This document shows positions 55,162 through 64,000 of a stretch of 64,000 nt of DNA, piece after piece. A program made the translations under genes and the position numbers. Every line of letters begins with the position of its first letter. Position 1 is the first letter of the stretch. This DNA is from Clostridia bacterium (GTDB lineage: Bacteria; Bacillota; Clostridia; Monoglobales; Firm-18), in NCBI GenBank assembly GCA_017397315.1, contig JAFQJA010000017.1:1804-65803 (forward strand), given 5' to 3'. The notes under the pieces are model-generated. The model was not told where the DNA came from. It made no database searches and saw only the letters and a list, made by a program, of their open reading frames with translations.

Positions 55162-56088
55162 CTAATCAAATAGCGGTGTTGAAAAATACCTTTCTGCAGT
55201 ATCAGGAAGAACCGTTACAACCGTCTTACCTTTGCCCAGTTTTTCTGCAAGTTTAACTGCAGCGGCAACATTTGTACCGCTTGAAATACCGCACATTATA
55301 CCTTCTTTTGAAGCAAGTTCTTTAGAATAAAAAATTGCCTCCTCGTCTGTTACTATGCAAATGTCATTATAAATATTTCTGTTTAAAATATCAGGAATTA
55401 AGCCGTCTCCTATTCCCATCTGAATGTGTGTTCCTATAGACCCTCCTGAAAGTATTGCTGCATCCTGAGGCTCTACAGCCCAGATAGTAATATCAGGATT
55501 CTTTTCTTTCAAGGCCTCGCCTATACCGGTTATTGTTCCGCCTGTACCAATCCCCGAACAAAAGCCGTGAATAGGTTTGCCAACCTGTAAAAGTATTTCC
55601 TGTGCAGTTTGTGTCCTTTGAATAGACGGGTTTGCAGGGTTTTCAAATTGTTGCGGAACAAAAACTTTATCATTTTCCTTTTTCATTTTAAGTGCCGTGT
55701 TAAGACACTCCTCTATGCAAACCCCAATATTACCGGCGTCATGTATTAATACAACCTCTGCGCCGTAATGTTCCACTAATTTTCTTCGTTCTTCACTTAC
55801 GGAGTCCGGCATAATAATAATCGTTTTATATCCTTTTACTGCACCTACCAAAGCAAGACCTATCCCCTGATTACCACTTGTGGGTTCAACAATTATGGAG
55901 TCTTTATTCAAAAGGCCCTTCCTTTCAGCATCGCAAATCATATTGTACGCAGTTCTTGTTTTAATCGACCCGCCGATATTTAAACCTTCAAATTTTACAA
56001 GAATTTCCGCACCGTCTTTTGGTGCGAGATGATTAAGTCTGATAACAGGCGTGTTTCCTATCGCTTCTAAAACATTATTATATATCAT
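55162..56088 (-). CDS. cysK: Cysteine synthase / O-acetylserine sulfhydrylase family (PLP-dependent)
   Basis: 'IGNTPVIRLN', the PLP-Lys context 'GGSIKTR' and 'GIGTGGTITG'. Confidence 0.85.
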   Translation of the reverse strand: MIYNNVLEAIGNTPVIRLNHLAPKDGAEILVKFEGLNIGGSIKTRTAYNMICDAERKGLLNKDSIIVEPTSGNQGIGLALVGAVKGYKTIIIMPDSVSEERRKLVEHYGAEVVLIHDAGNIGVCIEECLNTALKMKKENDKVFVPQQFENPANPSIQRTQTAQEILLQVGKPIHGFCSGIGTGGTITGIGEALKEKNPDITIWAVEPQDAAILSGGSIGTHIQMGIGDGLIPDILNRNIYNDICIVTDEEAIFYSKELASKEGIMCGISSGTNVAAAVKLAEKLGKGKTVVTVLPDTAERYFSTPLFD

Positions 56089-56171
56089 TTCAATTCTCCA
56101 TTTACAATTTTTTAATTCTATACTATTTTATTCCAAAATGGATATAAATGCAAGCATTAAATAAAATTTGC

Positions 56172-56200
56172 TTGACTGCTAATATTGCAAGTGATATAAT
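56172..56200 (+). promoter_or_regulatory. Sigma-A-type promoter for the glycoside hydrolase-like gene
   Basis: TTGACT (56172-56177), a 17-nt spacer, then TATAAT (56195-56200). Confidence 0.6.
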
Positions 56201-56327
56201 TATTAAAACAGTTTAAATATTTTGTATTTCCCGCAAAAATAATCTGTCAGATTTGATGTGTCTGAAACATTCAAAAAACACAATTATCTGTGATTACTTT
56301 AATGAAAATTTAACGGAGGTTTTTTAT

Positions 56328-57548
56328 ATGACGGAAAAAGAAATTTGCAGTCAGATTAAAGAAAGACTTGAAAATGTACATATTTGTACATTCCCCAAAG
56401 TTACCTTGCCCATATTAAAAGTTTCTACAAGGTACCCCGGAATATGGATCGAACATATGTATGATGCTATTATGTATACAAAATTAGACTCTTCAAAACT
56501 GTATTTGGCAGAAAATATTGTAAAAGTATTTATCGATTATCAGACTGAAGAGGGTCAACTTCCTTACCGTATTACAGATATGTCTTCAATACCCTGCCCT
56601 GAAAACGAATGTATAGGCTATTATCAGATTCAGGAAGTAGTTAGTTTCGGGCGTATCTGCTGGGAAATTTACAACTTGAACAAATCAAAAGAGTTTTTAT
56701 CAACTGTGTACCCCGCTATCAAAAAATGGGTAGGATGGTTAAAAAAATACCGTATGACCACTAATCGCGGACTTATTGAAATGTTTTACGGATACGACAC
56801 TGGACACGATAAAAGTGCCAGACTAAACGGTTTCAGCTGTCCGGGACACTACAGAAAAGATGGCGTTTTACAAAATGCATCTGTTCTTCCTCCGGAAGAT
56901 AATGTAACCCCTGTATTGGCTGTAGATATGAACTGTAATTTTTACGGCAACCTTATAAATCTTTCGAAAATTGCAAAAGAACTAGGCGAAGAAAATGAAG
57001 CTGTTTTTTGGGCAAATGAAGCAAAAAAAGTTAAAGAAACTTTCTTTTCTGTTTGCTTTAATAAAGAGGACTGTTTCTTTTATGATGTTGACAAAAACGG
57101 CAATCAACGAAAATATAAATCATGCACAATCTTCCATCTTTTTCTTGAGGGCGTGTTAGACCCCGACGAAGACGCAGATTTAATAAAAGAATTATATGAA
57201 AAACATATTTCCAATCCCGATGAATTCGGGACACCATATCCGTATCCATCAATGGCATACAATGACCCATCAACAAAAGGGCACGCCGAAGTAAATTGCT
57301 GGGGATATTTCTCACAAGGATTGATTGCATTAAGAACAACCTTGTGGCTTGAAAAATACGGTTTTGCAAAAGATATGGATTATTTGTGCAGTAAATGGGT
57401 TGAGGCGTGGACAAAACACTTTGACACCATAAAACTTGGTCAGGAATTAGATCCAATTACAGGTGTTCCTTCACCCTCTTCAGAATGGTACTCAAGTACA
57501 ATGCTTTTCTATTTGTACTCTGCAAAAAGATTAGGTATAATAGATTAA
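56328..57548 (+). CDS. Putative (alpha/alpha)6-barrel glycoside hydrolase (GH63 / MGH1 / trehalase-like)
   Basis: GGAGG precedes ATG 56328. Aromatic/acidic-rich motifs such as 'YGYDTGHDKS', 'FYDVD' and 'CWGYFSQG' suggest this fold. The assignment is tentative. Confidence 0.45.
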   Translation: MTEKEICSQIKERLENVHICTFPKVTLPILKVSTRYPGIWIEHMYDAIMYTKLDSSKLYLAENIVKVFIDYQTEEGQLPYRITDMSSIPCPENECIGYYQIQEVVSFGRICWEIYNLNKSKEFLSTVYPAIKKWVGWLKKYRMTTNRGLIEMFYGYDTGHDKSARLNGFSCPGHYRKDGVLQNASVLPPEDNVTPVLAVDMNCNFYGNLINLSKIAKELGEENEAVFWANEAKKVKETFFSVCFNKEDCFFYDVDKNGNQRKYKSCTIFHLFLEGVLDPDEDADLIKELYEKHISNPDEFGTPYPYPSMAYNDPSTKGHAEVNCWGYFSQGLIALRTTLWLEKYGFAKDMDYLCSKWVEAWTKHFDTIKLGQELDPITGVPSPSSEWYSSTMLFYLYSAKRLGIID

Positions 57549-57602
57549 TCCTTTGAGTGGCCTTAAAAAGTTTAATCCCCTATTGTATAATTTTCAAATA
57601 AA

Positions 57603-57627
57603 AAAGACACCCTGTGTGTCTTTTTTT
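57603..57627. terminator. Bidirectional terminator
   Basis: AAAAAGACAC-cctgt-GTGTCTTTTTTT. Confidence 0.7.
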
Positions 57628-57653
57628 ATTGGACGGAATGGTTTAGATACCAC

Positions 57654-57997
57654 TCAACTATTGTTTTTCTTTGCAGTATTTATTGATGAAATAAGAATTT
57701 TCTTTAATTCAATGCACCTATCAAGAATCGTTTTATCGCCATAATATCCACTTTCTATAAGCAATTCTATCCAATATTCACTTTCAGAACATTCTTTTAA
57801 TGCTATTTGAAGTTTAGCAATAAAATCGTTCTTTCCGTGTCCATAAAACCCTTCCCTGATGTTCGCACCAATACTTGTACTACTACGAATAAGTTAATAT
57901 GTAAGTACACTTTCTCTTTTATCACTTTTTACTTTATTACAAACCTTTATTATATCTAACGAAATTGCTTTGATTTTGTAAGCAATGGACTGTCCAT
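57654..57997 (-). pseudogene. Decayed four-helix-bundle protein gene (23S rRNA-IVS protein / Avd-type family)
   Basis: The - strand reads '...SIAYKNQAISLDIIKVCNKVKSDKRESVLTY*LIRSSTSIGANIREGFYGHGKNDFIAKLQIALKECSESEYWIELL...'. There is an in-frame TAA at 57894-57896. The only nearby ATG (57997) is in a different frame. Confidence 0.6.
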
Positions 57998-58096
57998 GAT
58001 TTTTTCCCTTTTAAAAAAACTTCTTCCTTATTCACTATTACTTTCCAAAATTGACAAATATTTTTAGGAAAAATTGAATAGTGAATAGGTAATAAG

Positions 58097-58127
58097 TAAA
58101 AATCCCCGTTCTTGCGAACGAGGATTT
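58097..58127 (-). terminator. Terminator of the tRNA operon
   Basis: Hairpin AAATCCCCGTTC-ttgc-GAACGAGGATTT with one mismatch, followed by a T-run on the - strand. Confidence 0.7.
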
Positions 58128-58128
58128 C

Positions 58129-58202
58129 TGGAGGCGCCACCCAGACTTGAACTGGGGGTAAAGGCTTTGCAGGCCTCGGCCTTACCACTTGGCTATGGCG
58201 CC
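58129..58202 (-). tRNA. tRNA-Cys (GCA)
   Basis: The reverse complement reads GGCGCCATAGCCAAGTGGTAAGGCCGAGGCCTGCAAAGCCTTTACCCCCAGTTCAAGTCTGGGTGGCGCCTCCA. Confidence 0.9.
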
Positions 58203-58204
58203 GT

Positions 58205-58233
58205 ATAAAAAAGACGCAATTTAAATGCGTCTT
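58205..58233 (-). terminator. Terminator-like hairpin between tRNA-Gly and tRNA-Cys
   Basis: AAGACGCA-tttaaat-TGCGTCTT, followed by T6 on the - strand, immediately after the CCA end of tRNA-Gly. Confidence 0.5.
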
Positions 58234-58308
58234 TGGAGCGGAAGACGAGATTCGAACTCGCGACGTTCACCTTGGCAAGGTGACGCTCTACCACTGAGCC
58301 ACTCCCGC
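58234..58308 (-). tRNA. tRNA-Gly (GCC)
   Basis: The reverse complement reads GCGGGAGTGGCTCAGTGGTAGAGCGTCACCTTGCCAAGGTGAACGTCGCGAGTTCGAATCTCGTCTTCCGCTCCA. Confidence 0.9.
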
Positions 58309-58334
58309 ATATTTTCTTTTGTAAAAAAAATTTC

Positions 58335-58410
58335 TGGTGCCTCCGGGTGGAATCGAACCGCCGACACAGGGATTTTCAGTCCCTTGCTCTACCGACTGAG
58401 CTACAGAGGC
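58335..58410 (-). tRNA. tRNA-Phe (GAA)
   Basis: The reverse complement reads GCCTCTGTAGCTCAGTCGGTAGAGCAAGGGACTGAAAATCCCTGTGTCGGCGGTTCGATTCCACCCGGAGGCACCA. Confidence 0.9.
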
Positions 58411-58451
58411 AAACCGTGCTGTACGATAATCCTACAACCCGAAGAAATTTT

Positions 58452-58527
58452 TGGTGGGAACAATAGGGATCGAACCTATGACATCCTGCTTGTAAGGCAG
58501 ACGCTCTCCCAGCTGAGCTATGCTCCC
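58452..58527 (-). tRNA. tRNA-Val (TAC)
   Basis: The reverse complement reads GGGAGCATAGCTCAGCTGGGAGAGCGTCTGCCTTACAAGCAGGATGTCATAGGTTCGATCCCTATTGTTCCCACCA. Confidence 0.9.
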
Positions 58528-58543
58528 ATATCTATAGACAAAT

Positions 58544-58620
58544 TGGCGACCTGGATGGGGCTCGAACCCACGACCTCCAGCGTGACAGGCTGGCATTCTA
58601 ACCAACTGAACTACCAGGCC
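58544..58620 (-). tRNA. tRNA-Asp (GTC)
   Basis: The reverse complement reads GGCCTGGTAGTTCAGTTGGTTAGAATGCCAGCCTGTCACGCTGGAGGTCGTGGGTTCGAGCCCCATCCAGGTCGCCA. Confidence 0.9.
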
Positions 58621-58676
58621 AAAAATTCATCTTTGCACCAACCCGGTGGTCTATCGCTCACCAGTCAGCATAAACA

Positions 58677-58705
58677 ATTATACTAGATACTTTTTCATTT
58701 GTCAA
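58677..58705 (-). promoter_or_regulatory. Consensus sigma-A promoter of the tRNA operon
   Basis: On the - strand: TTGACA (58705-58700), a 17-nt spacer, then TATAAT (58682-58677). An A/T-rich UP-like tract lies upstream. Confidence 0.75.
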
Positions 58706-58746
58706 TACTTTTTTTCATTTTTTTAAAAATTTTTTTATTGCCGATT

Positions 58747-60084
58747 TTACCGTGTTTTTTCCAGTTTTCCTATAACTATATAAAGCCTTACAGAGAATAT
58801 CATTATTGTAATTATCCAGGTTATGGGATATGCTACAAATACATTAGACAAGGTGTTATTAAGTGGCAAAACTAAAAAGTTCCACAAAATTCTTATGCCA
58901 GCCATTCCCGTGAGTGTAATATACATTGCTTCTAATGATTTACTCAATCCTCTTAAGCAACCCGTCATTACTTCCATTATCCCGCATAACAAGTATGTCC
59001 TGATAACAATATTATAATACACAATACCTGCCTCTATTGATTTTATGTCAGAAGTATATAATTTTAGAAGCGGAACTTTAAAAATAACGCCCAATGAACA
59101 AATAATAATTCCCATAGTTGAAACAACACCTAATGATATGAACAGGCCTTTTTTAATACGAGAAATGTTTTTGTTGCCGTAATTTTGTGCTGTCATAGTT
59201 ATAGATGTATGGTAAACCGAATTCAGAGCAACATAAACGAAACTGCCTATGTTTGAACCTGCAGAATACCCTGCAACAGCCTGTGAGCCAAAAACATTTA
59301 CAGCAGATTGTATTATTGTGTTTGTTATGCCTATAATTGTGCTCTGAACGCCTGCGGGCAATCCAACAACAAATATTTTTTTTATAATATTATATTCGAC
59401 TTTAAAATTTCCAAGGTCAAGTTTTAAAGGATAGTGCTCCTTTGCAAAAGAATAAGTGATGGCAGTCGCTGAAGCATATTGAGAAATAATTGTTGCAACG
59501 GCAACACCTGCCACATTCATTTTTAAACCAATTACAAAGACAAGATTTAACAGTACATTGATTATTCCTGCTAAAACGATATAAATCATAGGTCTTTTTG
59601 TATCGCCTACAGAACGGCTAACGGAATACATAAAGTTAAACACCATATTCGCAGGCATACCCATAAAGAATATTTTTAAGTACTTTACAGAATAAGGCAA
59701 AATATCGTAAGGTGTTTTTATCAGTTTCAAAAGCGGTTCTGCAAAAATATTACCTATAACTGCCAAAAATATTCCAATAACTATAGCAGAGCAAAATGAC
59801 ATATTTATAACCTTTGATAAATCCTCATCATTATCAGAACCAAAATAATGAGATGCAGTTACGCCACATCCTACTGAAAGCCCAATGAAAAAGTTAATCA
59901 AAGTACTGCAAAGAGAACCCGTTGCACCTACTGCAGCAAGATATTTGCTTCCCGCAAAATTACCAACAACAATCATATCAGCGGCATTAAAAAAATTTTG
60001 AATAAAACCGCCGACAAACACAGGAATGGTAAACAGAATAGTTTTTTTAAACAGTGAGCCGTTACGCATATCAAGTGTACTCAT
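58747..60084 (-). CDS. MATE family efflux transporter
   Basis: 445 aa with 12 TM-like segments. The N-terminal 'LFKKTILFTIPVFVGGFIQNFFNAADMIVVG' is typical of MATE proteins. Confidence 0.85.
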   Translation of the reverse strand: MSTLDMRNGSLFKKTILFTIPVFVGGFIQNFFNAADMIVVGNFAGSKYLAAVGATGSLCSTLINFFIGLSVGCGVTASHYFGSDNDEDLSKVINMSFCSAIVIGIFLAVIGNIFAEPLLKLIKTPYDILPYSVKYLKIFFMGMPANMVFNFMYSVSRSVGDTKRPMIYIVLAGIINVLLNLVFVIGLKMNVAGVAVATIISQYASATAITYSFAKEHYPLKLDLGNFKVEYNIIKKIFVVGLPAGVQSTIIGITNTIIQSAVNVFGSQAVAGYSAGSNIGSFVYVALNSVYHTSITMTAQNYGNKNISRIKKGLFISLGVVSTMGIIICSLGVIFKVPLLKLYTSDIKSIEAGIVYYNIVIRTYLLCGIMEVMTGCLRGLSKSLEAMYITLTGMAGIRILWNFLVLPLNNTLSNVFVAYPITWIITIMIFSVRLYIVIGKLEKTR

Positions 60085-60452
60085 TAAATCTTCCTCACAA
60101 TTTCAGGCATATATTTTCCCTCAAGTTTCTTGTTAATTAAAAACAGTACAACAAACGGAACAAAAAACATAACAATTCCAACTAATGCACCAAGAAATAC
60201 ATAACTGAAAATGCCCAAAATAACAGGCAGAATATACACCAAAAAGGCTGCCAAAAGAACTCTTTTTGTGTCAGTCTCTAATATAACGGTATCTCCTACA
60301 TCAGCCTTAATTACATTTTTCGCAATAACAAAAGAATTTAGTTTTTCGCAACCGCCGCACATTGCACAGTTTTCACCGCAAGCTGATGCTCTTTTGAACT
60401 GCACTTTAGCATTCTCTTCAATTATTTCTGATACAACACCTACTTGTTTCAC
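60084..60452 (-). CDS. RseC/MucC (SoxR-reducing system) family protein
   Basis: 'GVVSEIIEENAKVQFKRASACGENCAMCGGC', followed by two TM helices. Confidence 0.7.
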   Translation of the reverse strand: MKQVGVVSEIIEENAKVQFKRASACGENCAMCGGCEKLNSFVIAKNVIKADVGDTVILETDTKRVLLAAFLVYILPVILGIFSYVFLGALVGIVMFFVPFVVLFLINKKLEGKYMPEIVRKI

Positions 60453-60453
60453 T

Positions 60454-62109
60454 TTATTCTCCTATTAATTCCCGTGCGGCATTTAATGTATTTTCCGTTA
60501 CATTATGACCGCCCATAATACGCGCTATCTCATACACCCTGTCATTTCCCTCAAGAACTTTAACTGTTGAATTCGTTTGGTCATCAAAAACAGTTTTCTC
60601 AACAAGATAATGGTTTTTAGCTTTGCTTGCAATTTGTGCAAGGTGTGTTATGCAAAGAACCTGTTTAGTTTTCGAAAGTTTTACTAATTTCTCTGCTATT
60701 CTGTCTGCTGCTCTTCCGCTTACTCCTGTATCAATTTCGTCAAACACAAGAGTGTGTACTGAATCAGCATCTGACAAAATGGACTTAATAGCCAACATAA
60801 TACGAGACATTTCACCACCCGAAGCAATTTTATTAAGAGGTTTAGGTTCCTCTCCGGCGTTTGCTGAAATTAAAAACTCAACATTATCTTTTCCAAGACT
60901 GTTGAACTCTGTTTCTGTAATGCAAACAATAAATCGACAATAAGGCATATCCAGTTGTTCGAGTTCACGGCAAATGTATTCCTCAAGAATTTTTCCGTTA
61001 CTTCTTCTTTTCAACGAAATTGCATCAGCGTATAGGCTCAGTTGTTTATCGGTCTCTTTAAGATTATGTTTTAATCTGTTGATTATTTCATCGTTTTGCA
61101 CAACATTATCAAGTTGTTGCTTGATAACAGAATAATACTCTATGAGTTCCTCTACCGAACTCTTTTTGTACTTTCTTTTTAATTCATATATTGTACTTAA
61201 TTTTTCTTGTATTTCATCAAGCTCGCCATTGTTCTCAACTATTCCTTCGGCAAACGATGCTACTGAGTAAGCAATATCCTCCAACTCAAGTGTTACACTT
61301 TTGAGGCGTCTTGATAATTCGTCTAAAGTATCGTCATACTGTGCTATACCATCAAATGCTGAGGATACTGAAGATAAAACATCAAATACACTGTTGTCGG
61401 ACTCAGATAATTTATATTTTGCATTACCTACAACATTGGTTATATTATTAATTTCACTTAAATAGTTTTGTCTTGTTTCCAGTTTTTCTTCCATTCCGAA
61501 AGCAAGATTTGCTTTTTCAAGTTCATCAACCTGATATGTAAGCATATCGATTTTCATTTGTTTCTCTTCGTTGTCAATGCTGTTTAATTCAATTTCTTTT
61601 TGAATTTCTTTCCTTTTTGCATATAGTTCCTTATATGCATTCAACTCATCCTGTAACTTGCTGTAACTGTCTAAAAACAAAATGTGTTTGCTTTGATTTA
61701 ATAAATACTGATTATCGTGTTGTCCGTGAATATTCAAAACGGTTTTTGCAAGTTCACGAATTGCTGACGCGGTCATAATACGGCCATTAATCCTGCAAGT
61801 GCTTTTTCCATCAGAATTTATATCACGGGAAACAATTACCGTTCCATCTTCATATTCAACACCAAATTCTTCAAGAACTGCGTAAGATTCAGCATTATCT
61901 ATCTGAAATACTGCCTCTGCAAATGCTTTTTCTTCGCCGTGTCTTATTATATCTTTGCTTACGCGTTCACCTAAAACCATATTTAGAGCATCAATGATTA
62001 TAGACTTTCCCGCACCTGTTTCACCAGTCAGTGCAGAAAAGCCCTCCTTAAATTCAATATTAAGTTGTTTTATAACCGCAACATTTTTAATATGCAAATT
62101 TAACAGCAT
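60454..62109 (-). CDS. recN: DNA repair protein RecN
   Basis: 'LTGETGAGKSIIIDAL' Walker A, a long coiled coil, 'ASGGEMSRIMLA' and 'LVFDEIDTGVSG'. Confidence 0.92.
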   Translation of the reverse strand: MLLNLHIKNVAVIKQLNIEFKEGFSALTGETGAGKSIIIDALNMVLGERVSKDIIRHGEEKAFAEAVFQIDNAESYAVLEEFGVEYEDGTVIVSRDINSDGKSTCRINGRIMTASAIRELAKTVLNIHGQHDNQYLLNQSKHILFLDSYSKLQDELNAYKELYAKRKEIQKEIELNSIDNEEKQMKIDMLTYQVDELEKANLAFGMEEKLETRQNYLSEINNITNVVGNAKYKLSESDNSVFDVLSSVSSAFDGIAQYDDTLDELSRRLKSVTLELEDIAYSVASFAEGIVENNGELDEIQEKLSTIYELKRKYKKSSVEELIEYYSVIKQQLDNVVQNDEIINRLKHNLKETDKQLSLYADAISLKRRSNGKILEEYICRELEQLDMPYCRFIVCITETEFNSLGKDNVEFLISANAGEEPKPLNKIASGGEMSRIMLAIKSILSDADSVHTLVFDEIDTGVSGRAADRIAEKLVKLSKTKQVLCITHLAQIASKAKNHYLVEKTVFDDQTNSTVKVLEGNDRVYEIARIMGGHNVTENTLNAARELIGE

Positions 62110-62121
62110 AAAAACACTCCG

Positions 62122-62577
62122 TTACTTATTAAAACTTAGAAATTTATTAACCGTATTTTCTGCATCCTCGTCAGTTCTCATAATTACCATTATGGTATCA
62201 TCGCCGGCAATGCTACCAACAAGTTCAGAGGATTTGTGTAAACTGTCAAGTGCTGCGGCAGCAGCCTGAGCCATACCGCTTAATGTTTTAATAACAACTA
62301 TATTTTTTGCTCTGTCAACAGTTAAAATGCTATTTACAAAAACATCACTCATTCTTTGATTTGTTTCAACGCTCACTACATTTTTAGGTGCAACATAACG
62401 CAAAATACCATTAACATTTTGCTTAACAAGTCCTAAATTGTGAATATCTCTCGAAATTGTTGCCTGAGTTACAGGAATCCCACAACTGATAATATATTCT
62501 GCAATATCTTCCTGTCTTACTATTGGTTTTCTTTCTATTAATTCAATAATTAATCTTTGTCTTTCTTTTCTTGACAT
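62122..62577 (-). CDS. argR: Arginine repressor
   Basis: 'RQRLIIELIERKPIVRQEDIAEYI...TQATISRDI' and the C-terminal 'GTIAGDDTI'-like 'GSIAGDDTIMVI'. Confidence 0.88.
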   Translation of the reverse strand: MSRKERQRLIIELIERKPIVRQEDIAEYIISCGIPVTQATISRDIHNLGLVKQNVNGILRYVAPKNVVSVETNQRMSDVFVNSILTVDRAKNIVVIKTLSGMAQAAAAALDSLHKSSELVGSIAGDDTIMVIMRTDEDAENTVNKFLSFNK

Positions 62578-62588
62578 TACTGCACCTC

Positions 62589-63419
62589 TTAAAACAATTT
62601 TTGTTTCAGTCTTTTATAGAAAAAACTGTCAGATACCCTAACCAGTTTGATTTTTTTGCCGGTATTAATCCTGAGCACATCACCGGTTTTAACATTAACG
62701 GCTATTCTTCCGTCAAAATTGACAGCCGAATTACCAACAGCACTTGTAACCGTAAGCATTATTTCTTTCCCTTTTGGAACAATTACGGACCTACTGTTTA
62801 AATCGTGCGGACAAATTAAAGATAGAATAACTGCATCTATTGTAGGGTCAACAATAGGTCCGCCCGCAGATAGAGAATACGCAGTTGACCCTGTAGGTGT
62901 GGAAACAATTATTCCGTCAGCAGAACTGGAATACAGATGCTCGCCACCCACTGCCACACTAAACTTAATCATACTTGATACTGCATCACGATGCAATGTT
63001 GCATCATTTAAAGCGGTATATGTTTCGCCATTTATGTTAATATTTATGGTTAAATGTTCAGATATTCCGTAATCACCGTTTAATATTTGAATAAAACTGT
63101 CAGTCATATCTTTTTCTATTTCTGTTAAAAAACCAAGATTACCATAGTTAATTCCCAAAAATGACGCATTCGTATCAGAAAACCTGTGAACCGCTGACAA
63201 AAGTGTGCCGTCGCCACCTAAAACAATAATCATCTGTGCATTTTTTAGTTGTTCAAAAGACGCCCCTTTTGCATATTTTACTTTGTCGGCATGCTCAACA
63301 TCTATAATGGCACTTACACCATTAGCATGTGCTAACTCAGCAATTTTGTTTGTAGCAAAAAAATCACTGTCTTTTGTTAAATTAGGAATTATAGCAATTT
63401 CTTTTACTTTGTTACTCAT
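62589..63419 (-). CDS. nadK: NAD kinase
   Basis: 'IIVLGGDGTLL', 'NYGNLGFL' and 'GIIVSTPTGSTAYSLSAGGPIV'. Confidence 0.9.
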   Translation of the reverse strand: MSNKVKEIAIIPNLTKDSDFFATNKIAELAHANGVSAIIDVEHADKVKYAKGASFEQLKNAQMIIVLGGDGTLLSAVHRFSDTNASFLGINYGNLGFLTEIEKDMTDSFIQILNGDYGISEHLTINININGETYTALNDATLHRDAVSSMIKFSVAVGGEHLYSSSADGIIVSTPTGSTAYSLSAGGPIVDPTIDAVILSLICPHDLNSRSVIVPKGKEIMLTVTSAVGNSAVNFDGRIAVNVKTGDVLRINTGKKIKLVRVSDSFFYKRLKQKLF

Positions 63420-64000
63420 ACAGCCACCTCATGAGAAATCTTTACAATTTCTTCAACTTCTATGTTATTATCTTCTCCGTTCTTTGAAAAATACATTAAA
63501 TATTCTATATTGCCTTCGGGACCCCGTATAGGCGAAAATGTAACTTTTGACACTTTAAGCCCCATATTTCTTGTAAATTCCAGCACATTGTTAATTACTT
63601 CAATATGTGTAGCAGGTTCACGAACAACACCTTTTTTACCAACCTTTTCACGCCCTGCTTCAAATTGCGGTTTTATAAGGGCTACTCCTGTTCCATCGTC
63701 TTTTAAAAGTTCCTTTACTACAGGCAATACTAATTTTAACGAAATAAAAGCAACATCTATTGATGAAAAATCAAGTTGGTCCGGAACTTGCTCACTGGTT
63801 ACATATCTTATATTTGTTCTTTCTAAATTAACAACCTTTTCACTGCTTCGAAGTTTCCACGCCAACTGGCCGTAACCAACATCAACAGAATATACTTTCT
63901 TAGCCCCATTTTGAAGCATACAGTCGGTAAATCCGCCCGTAGATGCACCAACATCCATACAAATTTTATCAGCCAAAGATATTCCAAACTCTGTGATGGC
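63416..64000 (-). CDS. tlyA: TlyA family rRNA 2'-O-methyltransferase (N-terminus beyond the window edge)
   Basis: 'CMDVGASTGGFTDCMLQNGAKKVYSVDVGYGQLAWKLR'. The frame stays open to position 64000. Confidence 0.8.
   Translation of the reverse strand, partial: AITEFGISLADKICMDVGASTGGFTDCMLQNGAKKVYSVDVGYGQLAWKLRSSEKVVNLERTNIRYVTSEQVPDQLDFSSIDVAFISLKLVLPVVKELLKDDGTGVALIKPQFEAGREKVGKKGVVREPATHIEVINNVLEFTRNMGLKVSKVTFSPIRGPEGNIEYLMYFSKNGEDNNIEVEEIVKISHEVAV

Noticed and set aside
58225-58686. 153-aa + strand ORF across the tRNA cluster (and 57937-58188 on the - strand)
   Set aside because: It overlaps four tRNA genes on the opposite strand. The - strand ORF is an out-of-frame read of the four-helix-bundle pseudogene plus the terminator.

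Overview
The window has two parts.

(A) 1 to ~26.2-26.7 kb is the right arm of a prophage, with every gene on the + strand. In order it carries:
- tail/baseplate-like genes;
- a radical SAM/SPASM enzyme translationally coupled to an 18-cysteine 'ladder' protein;
- a complete diversity-generating retroelement (target gene with VR, then TR, then reverse transcriptase), with 24 mismatches that all fall on TR adenines;
- a lysis cassette (two holin-like genes and an NlpC/P60-type lysin);
- a 16-kb post-lysis cargo block: a second NlpC/P60 peptidase, a 540-aa unknown protein, and a single 4554-aa polyvalent ORF. The polyvalent ORF contains Gly-rich membrane segments, an N6-adenine methyltransferase, a strawberry-notch-type helicase, an HEXXH zincin motif and a second SAM-methyltransferase-like module.

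The prophage arm ends in a 250-bp array of a TCTAACAT/ATGTTAGA motif, next to a tRNA-Trp gene and a 42-nt 5' fragment of a second tRNA-Trp.

(B) ~26.7-64 kb is ordinary low-GC Firmicutes/Clostridia-type chromosome, mostly on the - strand. It includes queT, hom-thrB-aspartate kinase-rlmB, ruvX, metG, tatD, rqcH, SRP RNA-dnaX-ybaB-recR, cysK, a five-tRNA operon, and recN-argR-nadK-tlyA. Several SLH-domain wall proteins are also present.

No CRISPR array, rRNA or integrase was seen in the window.

The most interesting candidates, in order:
1. The phage rSAM plus Cys-ladder pair.
2. The giant polyvalent protein, including its repeated LGGIxDER junction motif and an SD-preceded +1-frame embedded ORF.
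3. The Avd-less DGR.

All functional calls come from motifs read by eye. No database search was run.
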